Shown piece by piece: positions 17,019 to 23,806 of a stretch of 35,345 nt of DNA. This DNA comes from a virus. Lineage: Duplodnaviria > Caudoviricetes. The stretch lies in IMG/VR virus record IMGVR_UViG_3300017716_001911, positions 1 to 35,345 of that record, one strand, 5' to 3'. The notes under the pieces were generated by a model, which was not told where the DNA came from, made no database searches, and saw nothing but the letters and a program-made list of their open reading frames with translations. Made by a program: the position numbers and the translations under genes. Numbering within the stretch: position 1 is the first letter of the stretch; every line of letters starts with the position of its first letter.

Positions 17019-17870
17019 ATGAGTAACATACAATTATCAAACGAAGAAAACTACTACATTGTAAAACGTGATGAAATAAACGATGTTTTAAAGTTACCAA
17101 TAAAATCATATTTACAAAGTAGCTACGATTTTAAAAAAATATCAGTTTTAAAGAATGAGCCTAACTTTGTTATGTTAATTGCTGGTTGGTGTGTTCAAAC
17201 CTCTACACTAATGCAAATTAAAAAACCAATAGACCAATTTGTTAAAAAAGATATTTTTACAATGCTAACGGGTTACTGGTCTATTTTAAGTTTTGAAGAG
17301 TTAATAAAGGCTTTTGAATTAGAACGTTTTGGATTGTATAAAGAGAAAACAGAACATTACCAGCTATTTGATTGTAATTATATTTCACAAGTTCTTAAAA
17401 AATACCAGCAATGGAAAAGAGAAAACAAAATGGAATTAAAAATCGAACCATTAAAAAATGAAATTAAAATGAGCGATGCAGAAAAACAAAAAATAATGAT
17501 TGCGGCGGTTAATAAAAAATATTCAGAGTATTTAACTACAAATGAAATCGAAGAGCCGTTTAATCATATTTTCAAAGAATTAATCGAAATAGGCAGAATT
17601 AAGATGCCAACACCTGAAACACCAAAACTTGAAATGTATTATCAAAATAAATTAACTGAGGCACACGCACAAGTTTTAAGAGAGTACGGAATGAAAAAAT
17701 CAATTGATGCAATCGAAAGAAATAAAATAAAAGAAATTATGAACGCATTAATTAACAACACCGAAAACCAAGATGCAAAAAGTAAAATTGAAGTAAGAGC
17801 AAAGAAACTTGTTTTAATAGATTTCTTTAACTCACAAAAACAAAAAGGTTTAACTAAAATTATTGAGTAA
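17019..17870 (+). CDS. Hypothetical protein, possible helicase loader/replication partner
   Basis: Directly downstream of the initiator; synteny only. Confidence 0.45.
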   Translation: MSNIQLSNEENYYIVKRDEINDVLKLPIKSYLQSSYDFKKISVLKNEPNFVMLIAGWCVQTSTLMQIKKPIDQFVKKDIFTMLTGYWSILSFEELIKAFELERFGLYKEKTEHYQLFDCNYISQVLKKYQQWKRENKMELKIEPLKNEIKMSDAEKQKIMIAAVNKKYSEYLTTNEIEEPFNHIFKELIEIGRIKMPTPETPKLEMYYQNKLTEAHAQVLREYGMKKSIDAIERNKIKEIMNALINNTENQDAKSKIEVRAKKLVLIDFFNSQKQKGLTKIIE

Positions 17871-18241
17871 TGGATGCAAGGGAAAAAAATAAAATCAAAT
17901 GTAAATTACACTACGAAAGAACAAAAGGAAATCTAACACCTGAGCAAAAAGAACGTCGAAAAGAATCAGCACGTAAAGCGCAAAGAAACTTTTACTATAA
18001 AAATAAAGAACTTTGTAGATTAAGAATATACGTTACACGTTACAGAAATGATATTAAAAAACAATTAGCAGAAAATAGATTAACTTTGTTAGATAGTTTA
18101 GTAACGAAAAAAGAAATAGATTTTATAAAATCATTAGATACTATTTCGTTAATTAAAAAAGCTCCACGACTAACAATGTGGAACAAAGTTTTAAGTCAAT
18201 GGACTTTTAAAGATTTCAATAAACTACTTAGTTTAATTTAA
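17870..18241 (+). CDS. Basic hypothetical protein
   Basis: 123-aa ORF. Confidence 0.7.
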   Translation: MDAREKNKIKCKLHYERTKGNLTPEQKERRKESARKAQRNFYYKNKELCRLRIYVTRYRNDIKKQLAENRLTLLDSLVTKKEIDFIKSLDTISLIKKAPRLTMWNKVLSQWTFKDFNKLLSLI

Positions 18242-18244
18242 AAA

Positions 18245-18568
18245 ATGAGAAAAATTAATATAAAACCTTTATCCGTTAATGAATGTTGGCAAGGGCGTAG
18301 ATTTAAAACTAAAGAATATAAGCAATATGAAAAAGATTTACTTTTAATGTTGCCAAATATAAAACTAAAAATCCAGCGTGTAAGCATTAATATTGTTTTT
18401 GGGTTCAGTAATTCACTTTGTGATATAGATAATCCTTTAAAACCATTTTTAGACGTATTACAAAAGAAGTATAACATTAATGATAGGGATATTTACAATT
18501 TAAACGTAACTAAAAAGGTTATAAAAAAAGGTGAGGAGTTTATAAAATATCAAATTAAAGAGATATGA
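18245..18568 (+). CDS. rusA: RusA-family Holliday junction resolvase
   Basis: PLSVN..W and DIDNPLKPFLDVL...NDRDI catalytic motif. Confidence 0.85.
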   Translation: MRKINIKPLSVNECWQGRRFKTKEYKQYEKDLLLMLPNIKLKIQRVSINIVFGFSNSLCDIDNPLKPFLDVLQKKYNINDRDIYNLNVTKKVIKKGEEFIKYQIKEI

Positions 18569-18702
18569 GTAAAAAACAAGAGCCTAAATACCCAATAGAC
18601 CAAAAAATAAAAGACCTACACAAAGCAATAGTTCAAGGCGATAAAGAAACTAAAGATAAATTGCAGAAATATATAGATTTCGTGTATTGGGGAATTAAGT
18701 AA
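18565..18702 (+). CDS. Small hypothetical protein (45 aa)
   Basis: Read by eye; ATGA overlap with rusA. Confidence 0.55.
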   Translation: MSKKQEPKYPIDQKIKDLHKAIVQGDKETKDKLQKYIDFVYWGIK

Positions 18703-18733
18703 AAAAATATTAGATTTATTAAAAACTTATTTA

Positions 18734-18741
18734 TATATTTG
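18734..18741 (+). promoter_or_regulatory. Bacteroidota -7 promoter box; likely drives the operon containing array 2
   Basis: TATATTTG. Confidence 0.65.
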
Positions 18742-18745
18742 CAGA

Positions 18746-18826
18746 GTAGAGTCGTAGCTACAATTAAAAACATTACAAAAATTCGCTCTACGATAAGGAC
18801 TACGACCCTTTGAATAGAGCGTTTTT
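18746..18826 (+). ncRNA. Kissing-loop leader RNA 4
   Basis: Loop GTCGTAG (18751) complements loop CTACGAC (18800); outer stem CGCTCTA/TAGAGCG then T tract. Confidence 0.65.
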
Positions 18827-18837
18827 ATTTTTAAATT

Positions 18838-19041
18838 ATGAACCAAAAAAACGAAATACTCTGGACAATTTTCAGAGAGCAAAACACAACACAAGTAAGA
18901 TTTGCAAAATTAGTCGGAATGGACAGACCTTGCAACGTAGGTAAATGGCTAAGCGGTCAACAAGAAATTAGTTATAAGAAATTAGAACACATTGCGGATT
19001 GCTTTGGGTATAAATTGAATGTAACGCTTGAGAAGAAATAA
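18838..19041 (+). CDS. Cro/CI-type (XRE) HTH regulator
   Basis: TQVRFAKLVGM...VGKWLSGQQEISYKKLEHIADCFG. Confidence 0.85.
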   Translation: MNQKNEILWTIFREQNTTQVRFAKLVGMDRPCNVGKWLSGQQEISYKKLEHIADCFGYKLNVTLEKK

Positions 19042-19056
19042 TAAGCGCATCTCGTA

Positions 19057-19182
19057 CAACGTTTCACGGCTTTAAGAAGTAGCGGAAAAGTACACAAAAA
19101 TTATTAATTAAACACAAATTAACCAAACACAAAAACAACATAAAATTAAGCCTTAAACCGCTATTTCTTAAAACCGATGTTA
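19057..19182. repeat. attC-like hairpin 4 (126 bp)
   Basis: CAAC gtttca CGG c TTTAAGAAGTAGCGG ... CCGCTATTTCTTAAA a CCG at GTTA. Confidence 0.8.
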
Positions 19183-19209
19183 GTAGCTGTGTTTTTATTC
19201 AGAAAAATT

Positions 19210-19530
19210 ATGTCATACAAAAAAAGAGAAGAACTATTCTCAAAATTAGAAGAGATTAGAATTGATATGGAAAAATACTTGAATGAGTATTTACTTCAAT
19301 TGTTAAAAAACAAAGAATTAACAGAATATGAATTAGAAATACTATTTCAACCATTCGATGAAGACGCACCCGAATTAGTAAAAGTTCATAGTGTAAATGA
19401 TAAAGGAGAATTGTTATTGACTTTTGAGTATTTTGACGGAACTATTCAAAATGAAGAAGTAGAAATGGAACAATTAAGATTTGATGCTTTATTTCAATTA
19501 ATAGAACTTCTTGAGCAGTTAGTTGAGTAA
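19210..19530 (+). CDS. Cassette 4 cargo, acidic hypothetical protein
   Basis: ATG 19210 (or 19177); flanks GTTAGTAGCTGTGTT / AACATAGCTACTAAC. Confidence 0.75.
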   Translation: MSYKKREELFSKLEEIRIDMEKYLNEYLLQLLKNKELTEYELEILFQPFDEDAPELVKVHSVNDKGELLLTFEYFDGTIQNEEVEMEQLRFDALFQLIELLEQLVE

Positions 19531-19539
19531 CATAGCTAC

Positions 19540-19669
19540 TAACGTTATCTCGCTTTGTGACTGTTACGGCACTAAGCGAACTGTAAATTTTCGGCTACCG
19601 AAAAACGTGAACGTAACAACAAAATTTAATATTAACTGAAATTGCCGTAATAGCACAAAACGAGTGTTA
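19540..19669. repeat. attC-like hairpin 5 (130 bp)
   Basis: TAAC gttatc TCG c TTTGTG a CTGTTACGGCA ... TGCCGTAATAG CACAAA a CGA gt GTTA. Confidence 0.8.
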
Positions 19670-19696
19670 GCGGTTGTTTTTTTATTCAACTAAAAA

Positions 19697-20002
19697 ATGA
19701 AAATAACAGAAAAAAGAACGGTTACAGAGTTTAAAAACGTAACTATTGGCAGAAAATGTGATGTTTGCGGAAAAACACACGAAGGAGACAGATTTCCTGA
19801 TGAATGGCATTCATTTAATCATCATCACGATGAATGGGGTAATGACAGTTGTGATTCTTATGAATATCACGAGGTGTGTTCGCCTGAATGTTATTGGACT
19901 AAATTTAAAGAATGTGTCGAAGATTTAAACGGACGGTCAAGTGCAAAAGTTGATGAGTTTGAAATTCAATTTGCACGTATGTTGCTCGAAAATAACCGCT
20001 AA
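19697..20002 (+). CDS. Cassette 5 cargo, zinc-binding hypothetical protein
   Basis: CDVCGK...VCSPEC; flanks GTTAGCGGTTGTTTT / AAAATAACCGCTAAC; stop codon is the TAA of TAAC. Confidence 0.78.
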   Translation: MKITEKRTVTEFKNVTIGRKCDVCGKTHEGDRFPDEWHSFNHHHDEWGNDSCDSYEYHEVCSPECYWTKFKECVEDLNGRSSAKVDEFEIQFARMLLENNR

Positions 20003-20127
20003 CGTTATACGGCTATACGATGGTTGGGATTAAGTAAGCCGTAATTTTTCCGATTAACACAAATTATCCCGACACAAACAAAACTTTAAATTAAACAATT
20101 AACCCAACTATTGTATAACCGTTGTTA
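20000..20127. repeat. attC-like hairpin 6 (128 bp)
   Basis: TAAC gttata CGG c TATACGATGGTTGGG ... CCCAACTATTGTATA a CCG tt GTTA. Confidence 0.8.
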
Positions 20128-20152
20128 GCAGTAGTTATAATACTCAATTAAA

Positions 20153-20416
20153 ATGGCATACACTCACGAACAATTAGAAAAATTAGGATTTAAAAAAGTT
20201 GAAGACAAAGAAACTGGAATTATTGATTTTGTAAATAAAGTTACAAGCAATGTTCATTTGGTTTTAAGCCCAATGTTAGAAGAATTATTTATTTGGGTTT
20301 TAGAAGATGGTGGCGATGAAGATTCAGATGGAACTAAAATAATTATTGATACTTCTGATTTGAAAAAAGCAATAAAATTATGTGAAATGATTGTCGGTGT
20401 TGACGATGGTTTCTAA
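20153..20416 (+). CDS. Cassette 6 cargo, hypothetical protein
   Basis: LEKLGFKK motif; flanks GTTAGCAGTAGTTAT / ATAATTACTGCTAAC. Confidence 0.75.
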   Translation: MAYTHEQLEKLGFKKVEDKETGIIDFVNKVTSNVHLVLSPMLEELFIWVLEDGGDEDSDGTKIIIDTSDLKKAIKLCEMIVGVDDGF

Positions 20417-20426
20417 TAATTACTGC

Positions 20427-20556
20427 TAACGTTTCTCGGCTTTGTCTAGTGCCGTAAATTCAAGACAGAACTTAACAAATAAATCCAAAATTATGAATTT
20501 AAAAAAGATTTTTACAAAAAAAGACCGAGCAAAGGCATTAGTCAAAACCGATGTTA
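20427..20556. repeat. attC-like hairpin 7 (130 bp)
   Basis: TAAC gtttct CGG c TTTG t CTAGTGCC ... GGCATTAG t CAAA a CCG at GTTA. Confidence 0.8.
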
Positions 20557-20768
20557 GCAGTAGTATTTTATCTGATGATGATTTTAAACAATTTGAAAAA
20601 CTATTCGATAAAATTTCAGCACATTTAGAACATCCAATGAGTATTTGTCAAGGTGTAAATGATGGTTATAGTATCGGAGTTTATGATATAAAAACAGGAG
20701 AATTGAAAGCACAGGCAATGAGTTACAACGTCAAAAATTGCGTAAATCTTATTAAGGAACGTCTTTAA
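20493..20768 (+). CDS. Cassette 7 cargo, hypothetical protein starting inside the hairpin loop
   Basis: aaaattATG at 20493 reads through GAT GTT AGC; flanks GTTAGCAGTAGTATT / AATATTACTGCTAAC. Confidence 0.7.
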   Translation: MNLKKIFTKKDRAKALVKTDVSSSILSDDDFKQFEKLFDKISAHLEHPMSICQGVNDGYSIGVYDIKTGELKAQAMSYNVKNCVNLIKERL

Positions 20769-20777
20769 TATTACTGC

Positions 20778-20902
20778 TAACGTTATGCTGGTAGGCGATG
20801 TAGCGGACTGATAAGCCAAAACTTTCAGTTCTGCCAATAATAAACAAGTATTCACAATCTTTAAATTAAGCCTTAAACCGCTATATCGTTTACCAGCGGT
20901 TA
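20778..20902. repeat. attC-like hairpin 8 (125 bp)
   Basis: TAAC gttat GCTGGTAGGCGATGTAGCGG ... CCGCTATATCGTTTACCAGC g GTTA. Confidence 0.8.
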
Positions 20903-20953
20903 TGCGTTCGGCTATTTTATCACAATATTAATCGTTAAAAAATAATAAATAAA

Positions 20954-21280
20954 ATGAAATTAGAATTATCAGAAAATGTTTTGGCTCAAATAAATGAGCA
21001 AAATGATAAAGTAAATGAATTATGTGGTTATCCATCAAATGATGTCCGCAACTGGTTTAAAGATTTACAAGAAAAAGAAACCGTAACTGTAGGCTACAGA
21101 GCTTCTTGTGGAAGCACAGATAAAACTATGAAGATTTATAGAATATGGATTAAAGTAACTAAAATACTTAAAAAAAACGGTGTCAAATTAATAGAGGAAA
21201 ATGTACCTACTATTAACAGAAGTCCCACAAGTGCGAATGGTTTTTGGAACGAGGTTCGTTTCTCCGTAGCTGACGCATAA
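20954..21280 (+). CDS. Cassette 8 cargo, hypothetical protein
   Basis: Flanks GTTATGCGTTCGGCTA / TAGCTGACGCATAAC; stop codon is the TAA of TAAC. Confidence 0.75.
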   Translation: MKLELSENVLAQINEQNDKVNELCGYPSNDVRNWFKDLQEKETVTVGYRASCGSTDKTMKIYRIWIKVTKILKKNGVKLIEENVPTINRSPTSANGFWNEVRFSVADA

Positions 21281-21310
21281 CTATTCACTAAGTCTTACTA
21301 AATTATGCAA
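21278..21310. other. Array-terminal attI-like site 2
   Basis: TAACTATTCACTAAGTCTTACTAAATTATGCAA; 26/33 identical to 10578-10610. Confidence 0.65.
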
Positions 21311-21523
21311 TCAATTAAAAATCAAAATATTATGAATAAAGAACTAACACCGATGCAAGAGTTGATACAAAAAAATAGAAAATCAATTAAACTACTTCAA
21401 GAAATAAAAAATAAAACTGAATTTGAAAGAGGAATGTTAGCTTATGCACACGCAATAGAAACTGATATAATTATTTTATCCGGCCAAAGCGAGGAGTTAA
21501 TTAAATTTTTAAATGAGTTATAA
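21305..21523 (+). CDS. Hypothetical protein
   Basis: TPMQELI motif; alternative start at 21332. Confidence 0.65.
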   Translation: MQSIKNQNIMNKELTPMQELIQKNRKSIKLLQEIKNKTEFERGMLAYAHAIETDIIILSGQSEELIKFLNEL

Positions 21524-21545
21524 CCAAGAATTAAAAATAATTTTG

Positions 21546-21553
21546 TAAGTTTG
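21546..21553 (+). promoter_or_regulatory. Bacteroidota -7 promoter box upstream of terminase
   Basis: TAAGTTTG. Confidence 0.55.
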
Positions 21554-21580
21554 TGGATACTAAACTAGTATATCAGTAGT

Positions 21581-21844
21581 ATGGCAAGACCTAAAGGAGA
21601 AGAAAAGCTAGGCGGTAGACAAAAAGGAACGCCAAATAAAACAACAACAGACGTTCGTGAGCGATTCCAATTTCTTGTTGAGGGCAACCTTGAACAATTA
21701 CAATCTGACTTTAACGAATTAAAACCAGTTGAAAGAGTAAAATATACTTTAGAAATGGCAAAATTCTGTTTACCTACTTTAAAGTCAGTTGATTATAAAG
21801 GAGAAATACAAGTATCTAAAAGACCAAAAATTGAGTTCGATTAA
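21581..21844 (+). CDS. terS: Terminase small subunit
   Basis: GGRQKGTPNK motif; directly upstream of the large subunit. Confidence 0.75.
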   Translation: MARPKGEEKLGGRQKGTPNKTTTDVRERFQFLVEGNLEQLQSDFNELKPVERVKYTLEMAKFCLPTLKSVDYKGEIQVSKRPKIEFD

Positions 21845-23108
21845 ATTTTCAAAGAAGTACGAACCATTATTTCAGTTACTAAAATCTAACGACAAATATA
21901 AAAATGTTGATACGGTTTTAGTTTCTGGAGGTCGTGACTCAGGAAAAACATTTGGCGTTGGTTGTGTTTGTGTTTTAGCAACTGCAGATTGGAATCATAG
22001 ATTATTATATACTCGTTATACGATGAGTTCAACAGATAACTCTATTACGGCAGCACTCGAAAATAGAATGGAGTTATTTGGTCTGTTAGACGAGTTCGTT
22101 TATGCAAATCACGATTATTATCATAAAAACTCAAAAGGTAAGATTTCAATCACTGGTCACAAAACAAGTTCAGGAAATCAATCCGCAAAATTAAAGTCAC
22201 TTGAAGATTATTCAATGTTTGTTACTGAGGAGGGTGAGGAGTTACCAAGTTATGAAGATTGGAAAAAGATAAAACTTTCAATTCGTGCTAAAGACGTTCA
22301 ATGTATAAATGTAATCGTATTTAATCCACCAACAAAAAAGCATTGGTTATACTCACAATTTTACGAGGGCGTTCCCGATGGTTTTAATGGAGTGATTGGA
22401 AATGTAATGTACATACACACAAACTATTTAGACTTAGGAAAGGATAACATAGCAATACAAAATTGGAATGAATACGAGCGTTTACGTTTGGTTTACGAAT
22501 ATTACTTAAGTTTATCAAAAGAAGAACGTGAGCAACTTCCAAGTAAAACAATACGAGAATACAAAGAGTATAAGAATATTGTTTTAGGAAGTTTCAGAGA
22601 TACTGCAGAGGGCGTTATATTTGATTACACAATTGGGGATTTCCCAGAAGACAATACTGGTTTGGTATTCGTAGGAGCAGACCAAGGATTTACACATCCT
22701 ACTGCATTTGTAAAAATTTGTGTTGATAGGAAAAATAAAAAGCTGTACGCTAAAGAATTGTTTTACAAAACAAATCAAACGACATCACAAATTTACGATG
22801 AGGTAAAAGAGCAATGTGGATATACTCGTGTTTGGTGTGATAGTGCTGTACCGATGTTTATAGCTGATTTAAAACGCAAAGGATTAAATATTTATAGCTG
22901 TAAGAAACCAAAAATAAATGATTCTATTAATGCTATTTTAGATTATGAGTTAATAATTGATAAAAATTCATTAAATTTACAAACAGAATTAGATAATTAT
23001 AGTTGGAGTACTAAAGATAAAGAAGTACCAATAGATGATTTTAACCACGCAATAGACGCAATGCGTTACGCATTTACAGAAGCAACATCAAAACGTTATA
23101 AAGCATAA
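21831..23108 (+). CDS. terL: Terminase large subunit (PBSX/SPP1-like); start uncertain (TTG 21831 or 21789)
   Basis: Walker A GGRDSGKT, Walker B FVTEEGEE, FNPP, nuclease GADQG and DDFNHAIDAMRY. Confidence 0.92.
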   Translation: MSSIKFSKKYEPLFQLLKSNDKYKNVDTVLVSGGRDSGKTFGVGCVCVLATADWNHRLLYTRYTMSSTDNSITAALENRMELFGLLDEFVYANHDYYHKNSKGKISITGHKTSSGNQSAKLKSLEDYSMFVTEEGEELPSYEDWKKIKLSIRAKDVQCINVIVFNPPTKKHWLYSQFYEGVPDGFNGVIGNVMYIHTNYLDLGKDNIAIQNWNEYERLRLVYEYYLSLSKEEREQLPSKTIREYKEYKNIVLGSFRDTAEGVIFDYTIGDFPEDNTGLVFVGADQGFTHPTAFVKICVDRKNKKLYAKELFYKTNQTTSQIYDEVKEQCGYTRVWCDSAVPMFIADLKRKGLNIYSCKKPKINDSINAILDYELIIDKNSLNLQTELDNYSWSTKDKEVPIDDFNHAIDAMRYAFTEATSKRYKA

Positions 23109-23112
23109 TATT

Positions 23113-23358
23113 ATGAAAGAACACTTATTACATTTTTTTCCATTCTTACACAAAGAATTTAGAAAGTTAGACGAAAAGGAATTACAAAGCGAAGAAACAT
23201 TTAAAGAATTGTTTCCGAATGAGCCGATTGAATTGTATAAACTTAGAACTATTTATGTTTATCAAAATGCGGATGAAGCAAAGGTATTTGTAACTGCTGA
23301 GCAAAAAGAAACGTTTCAAAAATTAGAACGAAAACCAAAAGGAAATGCCAAAATATAA
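23113..23358 (+). CDS. Hypothetical protein
   Basis: 81-aa ORF. Confidence 0.65.
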   Translation: MKEHLLHFFPFLHKEFRKLDEKELQSEETFKELFPNEPIELYKLRTIYVYQNADEAKVFVTAEQKETFQKLERKPKGNAKI

Positions 23359-23806
23359 ATCAACAAACGATATTCCGTATTTAAAGTTTATGGAGTTTTC
23401 GCAAGAGATTGCAGAGAAACCAAAAGATGCTGAGTTTATACTTGAAAAAACAATAGAGTATTTTTACCCAGAGGTTAAAGATAACTTTGATTTGTATATG
23501 CAAGAGTTCGCAATTGCTTTAAATACTGAAAATCCAAAATACATTCCTTATTTTGTGAGATTGTCAAAGCTAAATAAAGCGGGTGGGTTTATCGATGCTG
23601 TAACGTATGCAGACAATAAACTTTACAAAGAGTTATTTCAAAGTATTTTAAAACCTATTTATTGGTTCGGTAAAGTGGATGTTAATAAAATCACTTTGTA
23701 CGAGGGTACGAAAATAATGCAGTCTTTTATCAAAGAGTCAACGAGATTAAGAAACCTTACGAGTATCTCTATAATCCGCCACCTACGTCTTCAGTTGGCA
23801 AAGTAA
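23345..23806 (+). CDS. Putative tail assembly chaperone (short form)
   Basis: Overlapped by an open -1 frame; lies in the morphogenesis operon. Confidence 0.5.
   Translation: MPKYKSTNDIPYLKFMEFSQEIAEKPKDAEFILEKTIEYFYPEVKDNFDLYMQEFAIALNTENPKYIPYFVRLSKLNKAGGFIDAVTYADNKLYKELFQSILKPIYWFGKVDVNKITLYEGTKIMQSFIKESTRLRNLTSISIIRHLRLQLAK

Larger units (their letters stand above)
19057..21310. mobile_element. Integron-like cassette array 2 (5 cassettes plus attI-like end site; no integrase)
   Basis: Five AAC...GTTA hairpins of 125-130 bp alternate with single cargo genes. Confidence 0.82.

Noticed and set aside
18838-19041. Lysogeny module
   Set aside because: A lone short XRE gene with no divergent repressor, integrase or partition genes; lifestyle is unresolved
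19746-19928. Alternative-frame + strand ORFs (19746-19928; likewise 27639-27878)
   Set aside because: Nested in longer ORFs that have better motifs and boundaries
8980-20902. Hairpins as intrinsic terminators
   Set aside because: Loops are mostly 70-80 nt, there is no T tract directly after the stem, and termination would not explain the AAC/GTT ends or the cassette-specific outer repeats
19057-21281. CRISPR array or simple tandem repeat interpretation of the recurring elements
   Set aside because: The elements share structure rather than sequence, and the intervening DNA is whole genes of 250-520 bp; no cas genes
9048-21281. Invertible segments (shufflon) or MITEs bounded by GTTA...TAAC inverted repeats
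   Set aside because: All nine cargo genes face the same way, no target-site duplications are visible and no invertase or transposase is present; disfavoured but not formally excluded
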